A stretch of 64,000 nucleotides of DNA from Bugula neritina. Its lineage: Eukaryota > Animalia > Bryozoa. The notes under the pieces are model-generated. The model was not told where the DNA came from and did no database searches. It saw nothing but the letters and a program-made list of their open reading frames with translations. Position 1 is the first letter of the stretch. Every line of letters begins with the position of its first letter. Both the position numbers and the translations under genes were made by a program. The stretch spans positions 1,240,001 to 1,304,000 of the forward strand of contig OZ037772.1 of assembly GCA_964035545.1 (NCBI GenBank), read 5' to 3'. Shown in pieces: positions 31,384 through 43,900 of this stretch.

Positions 31384-34300
31384 CTACTGCTTAGAAACAC
31401 GTCTACTCTTGACTGCATCAGCGTATGAAAAGATCGAGCAACGTGGTTGGGGTGCGTGATTAAGACTTTGTGCACCCGGCGGATGAATTTTGTTTCTATT
31501 TCCGCCGATACAAAAGTTGATATTTCCGTGGTGTTGACAACTCCCACATTTGCTCGATTCTTTTCTCGTACGGTTTTCCCCTAGACTTTCATGTGTGCCG
31601 CTTTTAACGCAGTCACATACGAAGTCTTTCAAGTATGCGGGGGGTTGCCTCGTACGCTGTCCCCTTTCTAGGGGGGGTGACACGCTTGCCGGTTCGTTAG
31701 TAGGGGCCTCTAATGGCGTCTCTACTTCACCGTCCCCGGTCACCTCTTCTTGTTCTCCGGATGGAGCCCCTCCCTCCGTGGGGGTTTGCACTTCCGGAAC
31801 CGGCTCGGTTTCTGGAAGTGATGGAATTAGACTTGGCGGTGGCGGACACGCTTCTGTTGACAAAAGCTGCCGCTCCTCTCTCACCAAGTTTTCTTCCCGC
31901 GGTATGACCACTTCGTATTCAGGTCCATGCCGCCGTCGCCCGCGCGTTGTTGTCTGCCTCCTGGGCTCTAACAACGGGGGGGCTTCTCCCACTCCGCCGG
32001 GGCTAGCCCAATACGGTTTCAAGCGAGACTCATTCTGGATAGACACCTGTCCTGAGCGCTCAATCTTGTACGTATGATTGGGCATAGCCTCGACGACCAC
32101 GTAGGGGCCTACGAACTTAGGCTTCAGCTTATCAGCCTGTCCGCGGCGCCTACGGTAATTGACCATCCACACCTTATCTCCTCTTTGATAGAGGGGTGGT
32201 TCATCGGAATCTTCGTGCCGCACCTTCCACTGCTGTTGACGCAGTATCTCGTGTGCGGCCTTCATCCGTTCCACTAGTTCACTGGCATACTCATGGACTG
32301 AGTTATCCTGCTCTGGAACGTGATAGGTGAGATGGTCAGGGACACGAGTCTCCCTCCCGAGCATCAAGAGGTTTGGGGTCTCACCAGTACTGGTGTGTGG
32401 GGTGCTACGGTATGCACGCATGACTTGCGGCAACACCGTATCCCATTCCTCTTGACCTCGTCCAAGGAGGAGACTCCGGAGTGCATCACCTAGCATCCGG
32501 TTGTTGCGCTCCACCACCCCGTTACCTTGAGGGTGGTAGGGGGTGGTCCTGCTCTGATTTACTCCCCAGAGGTGGCAAAGGTCGCTCATCAGTTGAGACT
32601 GGAATTGAGCGCTTTGATCAGAGTGTATCTGTTCGGGGAGCCCAAAATAACAGAATACATGTTGGTCTAGTGCCCTGGCCACTGTTGGGGCTGATGCATC
32701 TGGGATAGCCAGAGCATCCGCCCACCTAGTAAAGTGGTCGGTTAGTACTAGGATCCAATTATTGCCTCTGGGGGTCAGGGGCATGGGTCCGACCAGGTCT
32801 ACAGCGACTACTTGCCAGGGCCTGCCAGCATATAGCCTCCGCCGTCCTGTTTCACCAGGGGGGCGGCTATGCTTACTGGCCTGGCAAATCTCACACTGTT
32901 TGACTCTGAGCCGGACGTCACGCTCCATCTGCGGCCAATACCACCTGAGTCGTAATTTGGACATCACTCGCTTGACCCCTGCGTGGGCCTGCTTGTGAGT
33001 ATCCCAAATCAACTCACGGCGGATGGCTGTGGGGCAGACTACCCTCTTCCTTTCCGGGTGTCTGCCGCTGGCAGCTAGAGAGATGGTTAGTAACCCATCC
33101 TGCCCGATCCGCAGCGAGTCCCAACGCTGACAGTATAGCCGGAACTCGGCGCATCCCTGTCTTATGCGTTCCTCGCTGGGTCGTCGCCCTTCCCGTTTGG
33201 CCCGGTATATGTCTGCCACGACTCCAGGCAGCTCTTCTTGGAGCTTCTTCAGCTCTCGAACATTACCGGCCAGTACAGGGTTGGCGCGGAGGTTTTGCAC
33301 ATCCTCCGGGGCTGGTCAACTCTTTGCCTGAGTTGACCTTGATCCCAGTCAAACGGTGCTCCGTGAGGAGCCAGCGTCTCCAACTCGCATCGTGGGGGAC
33401 CTCCGTCCCTCCTCTCGATGTTGAGACACTGTTTGCAACCTCCGTCAGGTCGGCGACTCAACCCATCCGCATTGCTGTGTCTCTTGCCCGGTCGATGTTC
33501 GATCCGGTATGAGAATTCAGCTAGGATTTCGAGCCACCGGGCGACCTGACTAGAGGGCTCTGCTCTCCTGCACAACCAGATCAGCGAGGCATGATCCGTA
33601 CGCAGCCGGAACTTCCTGCCATATAGGTATGGTCTGAAGTGCTTCACTGACTTGATTACTGCCAGCAGTTCCTTGCGGGTAGTGCAGTAATTTCGTTCAG
33701 CGGGAGAGAGAGACTTGCTGTAGTAGGCTACTACTACTTCTCGGCCTTCCTGCACTTGTGACAGCACAGCGCCAACATTCTGGTCACTGGCGTCCGTGTC
33801 TAGGATGTACTCCAGAGTGGGGTCTGGGTAGGCCAAAATGGGCGCCGTTAGGAGGCAGCCCTTGAGGCGGTCGAACGCTTCTTGTTCGATTGGGGTCCAC
33901 TGCCACGTCACTCCCTTTGCGGTAAGCCGGTTTAACGGCTGGGCTATGCCCGCAAAGTCTGGTATGTATTGCCTGTAATACCCTACCAGCCCCAAGAAAG
34001 CCCGGAGTCCGGTCAAGTCTTGGGGGTTGACCCAGTCTTCTACTGCCCGTACCTTTTCGGGATCCGTTGCCACGCCGTTTCGACCGACAACGTGCCCCAG
34101 GTACTTGACCTTCGGCTGCAACAGAGCGCACTTGGAAGGTTTGAGCTTAAGACCGGCACCTCGGAGTCTCTCGAAAACCTCCTGCAGACGACTGACATGT
34201 GTCTCGAAGTCTGGAGAGATTACGATGACATCATCGAGGTAGACCAGCAGTGTCTTCCAATGGAGTCCGCTAAGGACTTGTTCCATCAGCCTCTGGAAGG

Positions 34301-35951
34301 TGGCTGGGGCGGAGGTTAACCCGAAGGGCAGCACCTTCCACTTCCACAAACCGTCCCGTGTGATAAACGCCGCTTTCTCTTGGGCGTCGGGACTCAGAGG
34401 AACCTGCCAATAGCCGCTTAGCAAGTCTAACGTACTGAAGTACTTGCTGCCGGCTAGGGCGTCCAATGACTCGTCAATACGAGGTAGAGGGTAGGCGTCC
34501 TGTATGGTTACGCTATTGAGTTTGCGGTAGTCCACACAGAACCGCCAACTGCCGTCTTTCTTCCGGACCAGTACGACTGGCGAGCTCCACGCACTATGGG
34601 CGGGCTCTATCAGTCCCCGGTCCAGAAGATCCCGTACTTGTCGGCTAACCTCCTTCTCTTTCTCCGGCCCCAGCCTGCGTGTGGGCTGCCGGACAGGGAC
34701 TGTCCCTGCAGTCAGCGGTATTTCGTGTCTGACAATTCCAGTCAGTCCCACGTCATGCTCTCCGCTGCTGAACACATCACCGTAGTCGCGTAGTAACTTG
34801 GCCATAGCCTGGCGCTCTCTGTTACTCGCACAGCCGTTACTGGCCGTCTCGTATAACTCCCGGAGATGTGTTGGGACTGCCCCTCGTCCCTGAATAGGGT
34901 GTCGAGGGAGTGCCTCTGTCGCATCACCCAGCGACGGGCCTACGTCTCCCTCTTGAACAGAGTGAAAACGGCCCAGCATCGACCCAGCCGGGAGCTTGAT
35001 AGGCTCGGTAAAGGGGTTGACGCACTGCACTAGGATCTCCCCTTGCTCAGTCAGCTGATTCAGACTGCTGGCAAGTTGGATCTTTTCGTGCGCGCCTTCA
35101 ACCACCCCGAGTCCAGAGATCCGGCTACTATTCACCCTGCAGTGAATGGTAGCCCGGGAGCGGCCTGGTATGGTACGGTTGCGTACCACTTGCACACCTC
35201 CCACTAAAGGGCAGCCGAACTTGTCGACGCAGGCGAGTTCCCGCCCGGACATCATCATTGCAGATCTGCTAAAATCTATGTGACATCCGTGCCGTTTAAG
35301 GAACGGCATCCCGAGGATAGCATCCTCCTTGAGCTGACTGACGATGAACGTCTCTTGGATCGTTTGATCGCGGACTCGTCCCGTCAGCTCAATTATACCA
35401 TAGAAGGGAAGGCACGACCCGTCAGCTAGGGTGCCGTATTCCCCTTCGTATGCTTCCATCTCGCCCCTGACCCTAGCACTGAGGGTGTCGAAGAGTTGGC
35501 GGCTTAAGAGGTTTGTGGTACAGCCCGAATCAATGAGAAAAGTAACAGCTTTGCCTTCCAGTTTACCGGGCAAGAAATAGCTGTTCCCATGGGGCTGCAC
35601 CTGAACTCTCCCTTCAGGCCTTACTCTCGCAGGGAGTACCTCCCTCGCTTTGGGTCGCGAAGGAGGTCTCTTGGGGCGGTGATAGGTAGGCCTCGGAGGT
35701 GCCGAGGCTAGATTCTCAGCTACCTTCGTGTGCTCCCATCCAGATTCTTGGACTTGTAGCCCTGTGAATCTGTTGTGAAGGGGCATAGAAAAGGCAGCCG
35801 CGGGGCGAAGCCCCTTGCTGGTCCGTCGTGGTTGTTGCCACTGTTGGTTGCCAGTACGCGGTACCCGTCTGGGTGACCTGCGTTTCTTCTTCCCTAGAGG
35901 TTTCGTCGGCCCGCGGAAGGTGGGAACATCTGCGGGCCGCGGTAGTTTAAC
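31384..35951 (-). pseudogene. pol: pol of copy 2 with a 1-bp frameshift near 33311 (between RNase H and integrase)
   Basis: Split into ORFs 33249-36011 and 31384-33300. ggggctgg here versus ggggactca in copy 1. Confidence 0.93.
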
Positions 35952-36853
35952 CCCTGATTTAGGAAGGGACAATATCGGCGGAAATGTCCTTGATTTCCGC
36001 ACTCCCAGCAAAAACTGACTGTTTCTCCCTGTGGCGGCGCCGATGGCCGCATGGGCTCAGGGGCGGTACTCACTGGGTTTTGTGGTGTCAGGGTTGCTAT
36101 CAGCTTGGCTAGCATGTCCGTCAGTTGAGTGACTTTTGATGCCGTCGCCAACTGGGACACGGCAGCCGCGGCGGGGGTTTCCTCCCCTTGTCCCGCGGCC
36201 GTGTCTGCGCAGTCTATCTCCACTTGGCGGGAGCTTCCGCGACTTTTATGCATTTGGTTAGCTAGGAGGTAAGCTTCCCCCTCAGTCAGAGCATCTTCAA
36301 CGGTGGTGACTCCCCTAGCTAGAAACTGGTGGTGGAGACCCAGATCGTCAACAGATGCTATGAAAGCGTCGAGGGTGTACCTCTCGCGGTTGACTGGGGG
36401 CAAGTCGCTGTACGCGATCTGTGCCAGCTTCATGACCGCGGCGGCTTGCTCCCGCAGCGGGGTGCGGGGATCACGCCGCAACCTCTGTAATCGGGCCCTG
36501 GCATCTGTAGCCGAGAGGCCAAAGCGGGCCCGCAGAGAAGCAAAGATATTATCAATGTCTACGCCCAGCCCATAGGGCTTGGCTTTGTCCATCAATGCCA
36601 TTCTAAGCTTCAGCAGGGCCACCCTAGGGGGCCACTGAGCGACGTCCATTACGTCGCTAAACTCTTGAATAAATTGTTCCACCTCCTCTTCACCTGTGAA
36701 GGTGGGCGCCTTTAACCTGTAGCGGTCTTCAGCTAGTTCTCGCGGAACCCTTCGCTCTTCTACTACATGGTTAACAGGCATTGTCTCTACAGCATTGTCT
36801 CTACGCTCACCTTCGATTGCCGGTGGTTGAATTTCAGCATTGTCAGTCTCCAT
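35894..36853 (-). CDS. gag: gag of copy 2, intact 319 aa
   Basis: Near-identical to 6892-7851, with the CCHC knuckle. Confidence 0.95.
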   Translation of the reverse strand: METDNAEIQPPAIEGERRDNAVETMPVNHVVEERRVPRELAEDRYRLKAPTFTGEEEVEQFIQEFSDVMDVAQWPPRVALLKLRMALMDKAKPYGLGVDIDNIFASLRARFGLSATDARARLQRLRRDPRTPLREQAAAVMKLAQIAYSDLPPVNRERYTLDAFIASVDDLGLHHQFLARGVTTVEDALTEGEAYLLANQMHKSRGSSRQVEIDCADTAAGQGEETPAAAAVSQLATASKVTQLTDMLAKLIATLTPQNPVSTAPEPMRPSAPPQGETVSFCWECGNQGHFRRYCPFLNQGLNYRGPQMFPPSAGRRNL

Positions 36854-36884
36854 CTTGGATGCACTATCCCACTGCTGCCACCAC

Positions 36885-37169
36885 TGTTATAATTTTCAGA
36901 TTAGGGTTGATATGCTATCCAGAGAGTCTATTTATCTAGTATAGAACTGCACCAGGCTAAGTCGAGTGAACTATACATCATAAAAACACGATACATTATT
37001 TCTAACAAGTTACACATCTAATCTATTTCACACTCTAGCTTCGACTGAGTTAGCAGCGGGAAACTACAATTGCTGCTAACTATCAACTACGCTAATTGGC
37101 TATCCATTGTTCCGGGTCAATTACGCGACCCTACATGTTGTGCTGCTGGTAGTTCCACGAACCACCACA
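36885..37169 (-). repeat. 5' LTR of copy 2, 285 bp (20-bp deletion)
   Basis: Lacks gagtatattttattcacaac; the deletion lies between AAC microhomologies. Confidence 0.96.
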
Positions 37170-38269
37170 CTATCAGTATGACCATCGCAATGTGAACCTA
37201 GACGTGAATGTAAAAAGGCACTGCAAAATAGAACATGGGATGGAGGCAGATATCCATACCATGCTACAAATATCGATATTGAATTTGATAATCATAATTA
37301 TTATACAAATATAATGATAATAACTACAATGATCAAAAATAAATAATACCAAAGAGTTTTCGAATTACTATTCATAAAATCAAATATCACATTTATAAAG
37401 ATATAATCATATCTATTATTAAATTTAAGTCAATTATACTAATAGCAATAGTAATATAAATAGAAAAAAGAATCATTGACCAAGAGTAGGTGCAAAATAA
37501 AAGTCAATTTTAAGACAAAGAGTAAGAAAAATACTAAATCGATATTTAAAATTACTTATTTTTAATCTTAGTCACTTACAGTCAGTCTTAGTTTAATTTT
37601 TACTACTAAGTCTTTAATTTCAAGTTCATTTTGACAATAAACTTGAAGACTTTAACTAAGAATATGTATAATTCAAAATTCCAAACTGGTACAAGTAAAA
37701 GTTGCTACTGAAGCTTTGTAATACTATTTTAAATTATTGGTATGATAGCATTATATTTTGATTCATAGCAATATTGATAGTGACAATTTCAAACATACCC
37801 ATACCATTACTGTTACAGTTTAAGTTACTATTGCCATTGTGATTGCCGGTAATGAGTAAATATAACTTAAATTTATATGACTATTACTATTACTATTAGT
37901 ATTACTATCACTTTCAGTACCGGTCTAGTATCAGTATCACCTTAATTCAAAATCAATGTATAATTTATCAAATTACTTTTATATTATCATTTATCAATAA
38001 TATGTCTATCACTATGATATTATCATGATATTGATTTTTAATTTAAACATAATAAAATCATAGGTATAATCATAATGATAATCATAATCATAATGATAAT
38101 GCTTAATTTTACTTTTAGTTCAGGTTCAATGATTTAAGAGTAAGTGAAAGTTACTATAACTATTGCCGTTGTGATTGCTAGAAATATAATTTAAATTTAT
38201 ATGACTATTACTATTACCAACACTCAGACTTACTCGGACTCACTCTGTCTCTAACTCTAAGTCTGAGTC

Positions 38270-38660
38270 CGACGCATCAGCCTTCTCCTAAAAATATTGT
38301 CTAAGGAAGAACTACATCCAACTCTGAGTGCTGCCTATGATGATTTTCTAGATCAGCGGACCACAAGCACTGTACAGACTCGGTCTCAGGTTGCAGGATT
38401 TCCCAGATCAGTAAGAGCAAACAAGAATGGGTATCTTTATAGTTTTCTCCCAAGAACAATAAGAGATATGAGGATCAGCACTGATCACACACAGACAGGC
38501 TAGTTAGCCTGTTAAGTTAATCTGCACAAGAATGTTAACACTTTTTAGATTACTGTCCAAATACTGACAACTTAGTTTTTTATATGAGGCACACCCCTTC
38601 TTCCCTCTAGGGAGGTCCAGTGTGGAAATAACATCGACAGGTATCGACAGGTATCGACAG
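38270..38660 (+). mobile_element. 5'-truncated CR1/L2-group LINE (end of ORF2, 3' UTR, tandem tail)
   Basis: Absent from the paralogue near 8928. TSD GAGTC (38265-38269 and 38661-38665). YLYSFLPRTIRDM resembles the SFFPRTIRDWN ORF2 C-terminus. Tail of three ATCGACAGG(T) units. Confidence 0.8.
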
Positions 38661-39756
38661 GAGTCTCACTCCACCAGAGTGAGAGTGACACTGAATTACT
38701 ATTACTATTACTATTAGTATTAGTATTAGCAAAATATATCAACCTTATGATTATCTTATTAGTTATTACAATATGTTCGGCATTGATGTTGAACTAAAAA
38801 TATTAATAGTTATTACAATCACAATGACAATGCCAATATGATCAAAGACAAATGATTCCAAGCAGTTTGAGTTGAAGGTAAGTTATAAGTTGAAGTAGTA
38901 CGTAAGTGGTAGTTGATACTGATACTATCAGTGATAGGTTTATACTCCATACCAATGAACTCAATAATATTACCTATATATTACAATAAATTATATTACT
39001 ATTAGTATTACCTATAATTAAAATATATTATTTCTTTTCCAGCTCAGTGCTTTATACCCTCTACTTAGTCTAATGCCGCGCACATGACGAGAATGTGAGG
39101 TGAAGGTCACTCACAGCTAAAATCGCCAAGGATCCATCACTAGTAGTAGTAGTAGTAGTTCTAGTAGTCGTACTACCAGTAATCTGGCTTCGCTATGGCA
39201 CTACGAATTGAATGTTGACAAGACGCATGCATGTTTGCTGTTGGTAAACTAATTTTTACTGAATTTTAATCATGCTAAGCTGCAACCTATTTTCTAATGA
39301 AATAATATATTCAATAATAATATAATAATTATCATTATGATATTTTATCATTTAATTTTATAACTTTTACTTTTAGTTTTAGTATTTTGGTTTTACATCA
39401 AAATTTACATCATTATGATTATCATTATGATTACAAAATAAAAATAATTATCATTAATCATTACCTTTTAATTTATGATTATAATTAATGTTAGAATTAC
39501 CACAATTACAATCATAATGATAATGGCATAATGCCAATGATAATCACAATCGTAACACTAATAATAATAGTAATAGTCAAACTCGAGGATTGAGCCAATG
39601 ATTCAGATTGTCTAAATTTAATTAAATAAATTTCAGCCTTGGGTTTAACTTTACCGTTCACAATTTTATTTTACTTTACGACTGAGAGTCACAGTAAGAC
39701 TAAGAAAAAGAGTAAGTCATACCTTTCTTGCAGTTATTTTCAAAGTTTGTAGTTGT

Positions 39757-39891
39757 ACTAGTACACTAGTAGACCTAGTAGTAGTACTAGTAGTAGTAGT
39801 AGTAACAGTACTATTAGTAGTAGTAGTAGTAGTACTAGTACTAGTAGCAGTACTAGTACTAGTTGTAGTACTAGTATCAGTGGTAGTAGTA
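39757..39891. repeat. Degenerate (TAG/TAC)n microsatellite
   Basis: tagtagtactagtag runs. Confidence 0.85.
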
Positions 39892-40960
39892 ATAGGACTG
39901 CGATCTTAGATGTAAGTCTAATGAAATACGAATAATAATAGTATAAGTATAACTTTTACATATTTAGTTTTACTATAAGTGTAAATATAATGAGTAATAG
40001 TAAAACTCAAAGTGTATACATTAACTCAGTTGAGCATTAATGATTAAATATAATAATTATAATAAAGTAATATGATCACCATTACGATTATAATTAAAAT
40101 TCTTAGTAACACTTTTATGATAGGCCTACTCAGTTTAATTTATTAATATTAAACATTAGTTTGGCTACCACAAATAACTAATAAGTGCTACTATAGGTAA
40201 CTGTAAAGATAAGTATAAATTTAACTATAACATAGACTATCAGCAATAATAATATATCATATTGATATTAAACTATATATGGATAATGCAAATCATAGAT
40301 CATACCTCATGATAATTATTCCTAATGATCTTACTTTTTATATGCTGATGCTAATAAGTAGTAATTTTAAATTTGATAACTCATGAATGATGAATAAGAT
40401 AACAAGAATAATACTGGACCTAGTAATACTATTAGTCCTACTACTAGAATTTTATTATCTTATATTTGTAATACGCTTCTTTTAGTAATACTGCTGGTCA
40501 AAGTTAGTGTTAATCATATTTATAGTTAAATGTTGAAGGAATAAATTAGTTCATAACATAAACATTTCACTATGTGAATATGAAATTTAATATGAATATC
40601 CCAATTACACTTGCTGTTGCTCTTTAGAGACTAGAGTTATAACTTATAACTATGATATAATAATGAATACCATTATTTTAACTAATCATATTACTCAGCT
40701 AATGTTAATGATAACTGTAAGTCTAAAAACCATTACGGTTATAGGTATCACTGACTAATATTATTAATAATATAATCCTTCGTTTTATACTTGTACCTAT
40801 ATTTATATTTATACTTATACCTATTTTTATACTTATGATCATATCTATACTTTCACGTATGCTTGTACATTGTACTCATAGTATCAGGGTGGCAATCGAA
40901 AAGTCATAATCGATATGCTAATCTAATAATAGAACCAACTGCACTATTATTATTATTATT

Positions 40961-43900
40961 GTTGATTGACCGTAGTTTTTTAGCTGGTGTAACCTTTTAC
41001 CATTAGCCTAGTTATACTAGGCTGAAATGGCTAGAACTTTCCTCAGGATGTGAGCTTATCCTGATCCTAGTAAGGGTGTCTGCTGAATTAATGAGCATTT
41101 GTTTTCAGCTACTCCAAGTAGTGTCAGCCAGTCTACAATCTTGTATAAAGCTCCAAAGGCTCCAGTTACAACGGGATGACTTTTTTGATGTTTTCCAAAG
41201 GCGGGTTTATTCTAGTGCTAAATTCTGATATTTTCCTAACTTTTCGAATTTTTTTCTTTTACTCTGTAGTTAACAGGGACTGTGATATCAATTATCGTTG
41301 TTTCAGCATTATGCTTGTCAACTACTAATATATCGGGTCTCCTAACTTTGATGACTACGTCAGTGTGTATGTTAAAATCTTACAAGGTTTTCACATTATC
41401 ATTTTCCAGTACTTATTCTGCTTGATGGCCGTACCAATTCTTACTTTTCTGAAACCCACGAAGTTCACACAACTACTATTGAAATTATCAATGCCAAAAG
41501 GTTGTGTTTTTTCTTATATTCTCCTTCTGCTACCTTCTCAAACTCACTCAATACGTGCATCGAAGTTTTGTCTCTTGCGTTACACATTCCACACTTCTTG
41601 CTACCCTGTTCTCTCATCATAGCCACTTTATAATTTCTAGTAGTGAATAGTTGATCTTGCGCAGCTGTCAGCAGTCCTTCTGTTTCCTTTTTCAGCCAAC
41701 CATACTTCAACCAGTTCCAGGAAAATGCTTTCATGTCTTCCACCATTTTGATGTATTGACCACGTGAAGCTTTTTCTTTACACTCATCAGTTCTTTCTAT
41801 CACTTTATCATTATTTAGTTCTACCGCTGTTTTGTCTTTTAGAAAGGTATTCAGTGTGGTGTTTCTATCAGTCTATGTTATATTTATGTAGTCTGACATG
41901 CTGCAGTTTTCAATCTTTATGGATTTTTCAGTTGACAACATTCTTCTACCGCCTTCCCTTCTGCTAAAATACAGCCTGCCTACATCTGCCCTCGGATAGG
42001 GTGCACGGTTTGTTGTCATTAGCTTTCTTGTCTTTCAGTCCATATTTTTTAGCTCATGAAACAGTTCAGTCAAGTATTCTAGCTGTGTAATGCACTGCTG
42101 TTACTGCCCATGTGTTTATTGCTTTGATTGTGTTCTCACCATTCAGTTTTGAATCCAGAACTTTTCTTATTTGTTTGTAGTACTCCTTGATCTTATTTTT
42201 CATTTCATATATTTGTATTCTATCAATCTCAAGAACTCCTAGATATTTATACGGCTTCTCACCCAGATCTTTAATTACCTGTTCCTCAGGCAAACTGATT
42301 CCTGTGTCCTTGATTTTCTTTCCCTTTCTCATAACCAGTGTGGCACATTTTTTAATCCAAATTTCATTTCTATATTCCTTGTGAAGATCCCGGCAGTGTT
42401 TACCAAAGCTTCCAGTTCTGACTTTGATTTCCTATTTACCTTCAGGTCATCCACATATAGGAGATGGTTTGTTTTCTGTCTCGTCGAAATTTGCATCATT
42501 GAGCCGCTTCTGTCATGCGAATCGGTAGTTGGAGAAAAGGGATAGAGATAAAGAGTCTCCTTGGAAAATTCTTAGTTTGATCTTTATTTCTCCTATCTTT
42601 TCTTCCAGGTATTTCAGTTGTGTTTTCCAGGTTTCATGCTTTTTCTTATCAACCTTATGACATTAATTGCTATTCCAGTTGTTTGCATCGTTTCTAAGAT
42701 CTAATTTCCTTGTCTTTACATATGCTCCAATTTGTTGCTAACTTTATTTAGTCATTCTGCATTGGTATTATTTTTAGTTGGCTGACCCCATAATTATATT
42801 TTATCAGAATGCTTTTGATTTCCTTGTCAGGTGCCTCTTTAGATGTACATTCATTTCCTCGTAATTCTTGATAAAAGCGCTTATCATTGTAAACATTGTG
42901 TTCTGATTATATTGATCAACTCATTCTGTATATCTGTTTATCTTCTGGCTTACAGCTCTCAGGTTTTGCTTCAGTTTTTCAATCACTACACCACACTCTT
43001 TGTTTTTTATCCTATATTTTTCTTCAACCATTCTTCTCAATGAATCATTGTAAGCTCTACTTTTTCACTCTGCTATTTTACTTAAGTCTGATCTAATTTT
43101 TTTTATTTCTTCTGCAGTCGTATTTTCCATACTTGTACATTGTCAGTTTTTCTTTTTCCTTTTTGTTACACACTTGTTCTGTTACTATTTTTCGCACAAG
43201 CCATGGTGGTGTTATTAAGCTCAATGGTATTAATAATCTCAACACAGTTTAGCACATCATTAATCTGTTTTACTGCCTGTAGTAATTTGACCCTCTCAAT
43301 GTGCCCAAGGGCTCTTAGTGTTGGTCGATCATTAGATAGTTTGTTATGCTCATTTATAATTTCTCTACTAACACTTTTTCTACCTCTGAACTAGGTACTC
43401 TTAAAATTCTCATGGCTGATTTATATGCTATCTCATGTTGCACTATAACATCCTCTATTTGCAAATTTAGCTCTTCTTTATTAATTGATGTGCCTAGTTC
43501 TTGCAAGGTTCCTTCTTCAATCTTATGGAGTTCTTCTTCCATAAAATGCTTGTGTTTCTTCATAGTTCTTGCTTAATCCGCTAGTCTCTATTCGCTGATG
43601 TTAAACTCTCCTCTGTTTTCCAGCGTTTGCACATTCTTTTTAAATAATTCTTTGATCCGGGTCTACAGAGCTCATACGTTGTTTTTCTATGACCTCTCAA
43701 TTTGGGTGTACTTTTGAAGCAGCATTTCATGACAACTTTGTTGTCTTCTCTTGAGTATCTTCTTCTAGTTGTGCCAGTAACGGGTTGACGGCCGTAGGTT
43801 GCCTGGTCCTCCACATACCCACTGCCAGACGAGACATGCCATGTTTAGTTAGACATACCATTAACGTCGTTGGCTTTATTAGTTCTATTTTAATTGATCA
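40961..43900 (-). mobile_element. Decayed non-LTR retrotransposon with restriction-like endonuclease (R4/Dong-like), inserted in (TAA)n
   Basis: Fragments RRRYSREDNKVVMKCCFKS, FQGDSLSP, HLLYVDDLK, YKYLGVLE, KAINTWAV, WLKKETEGLLTAAQDQ, CGMC..H and RPDILVVDK. (ATT)n on both sides. Confidence 0.85.

Larger units (their letters stand above)
29698..37169 (-). mobile_element. Full-length Ty3/Gypsy family A copy 2
   Basis: LTRs 29698-30002 and 36885-37169; TSD CTAT (29694-29697 and 37170-37173); PBS 36866-36883; empty site at 10027-10030 in the paralogous arm. Confidence 0.98.
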
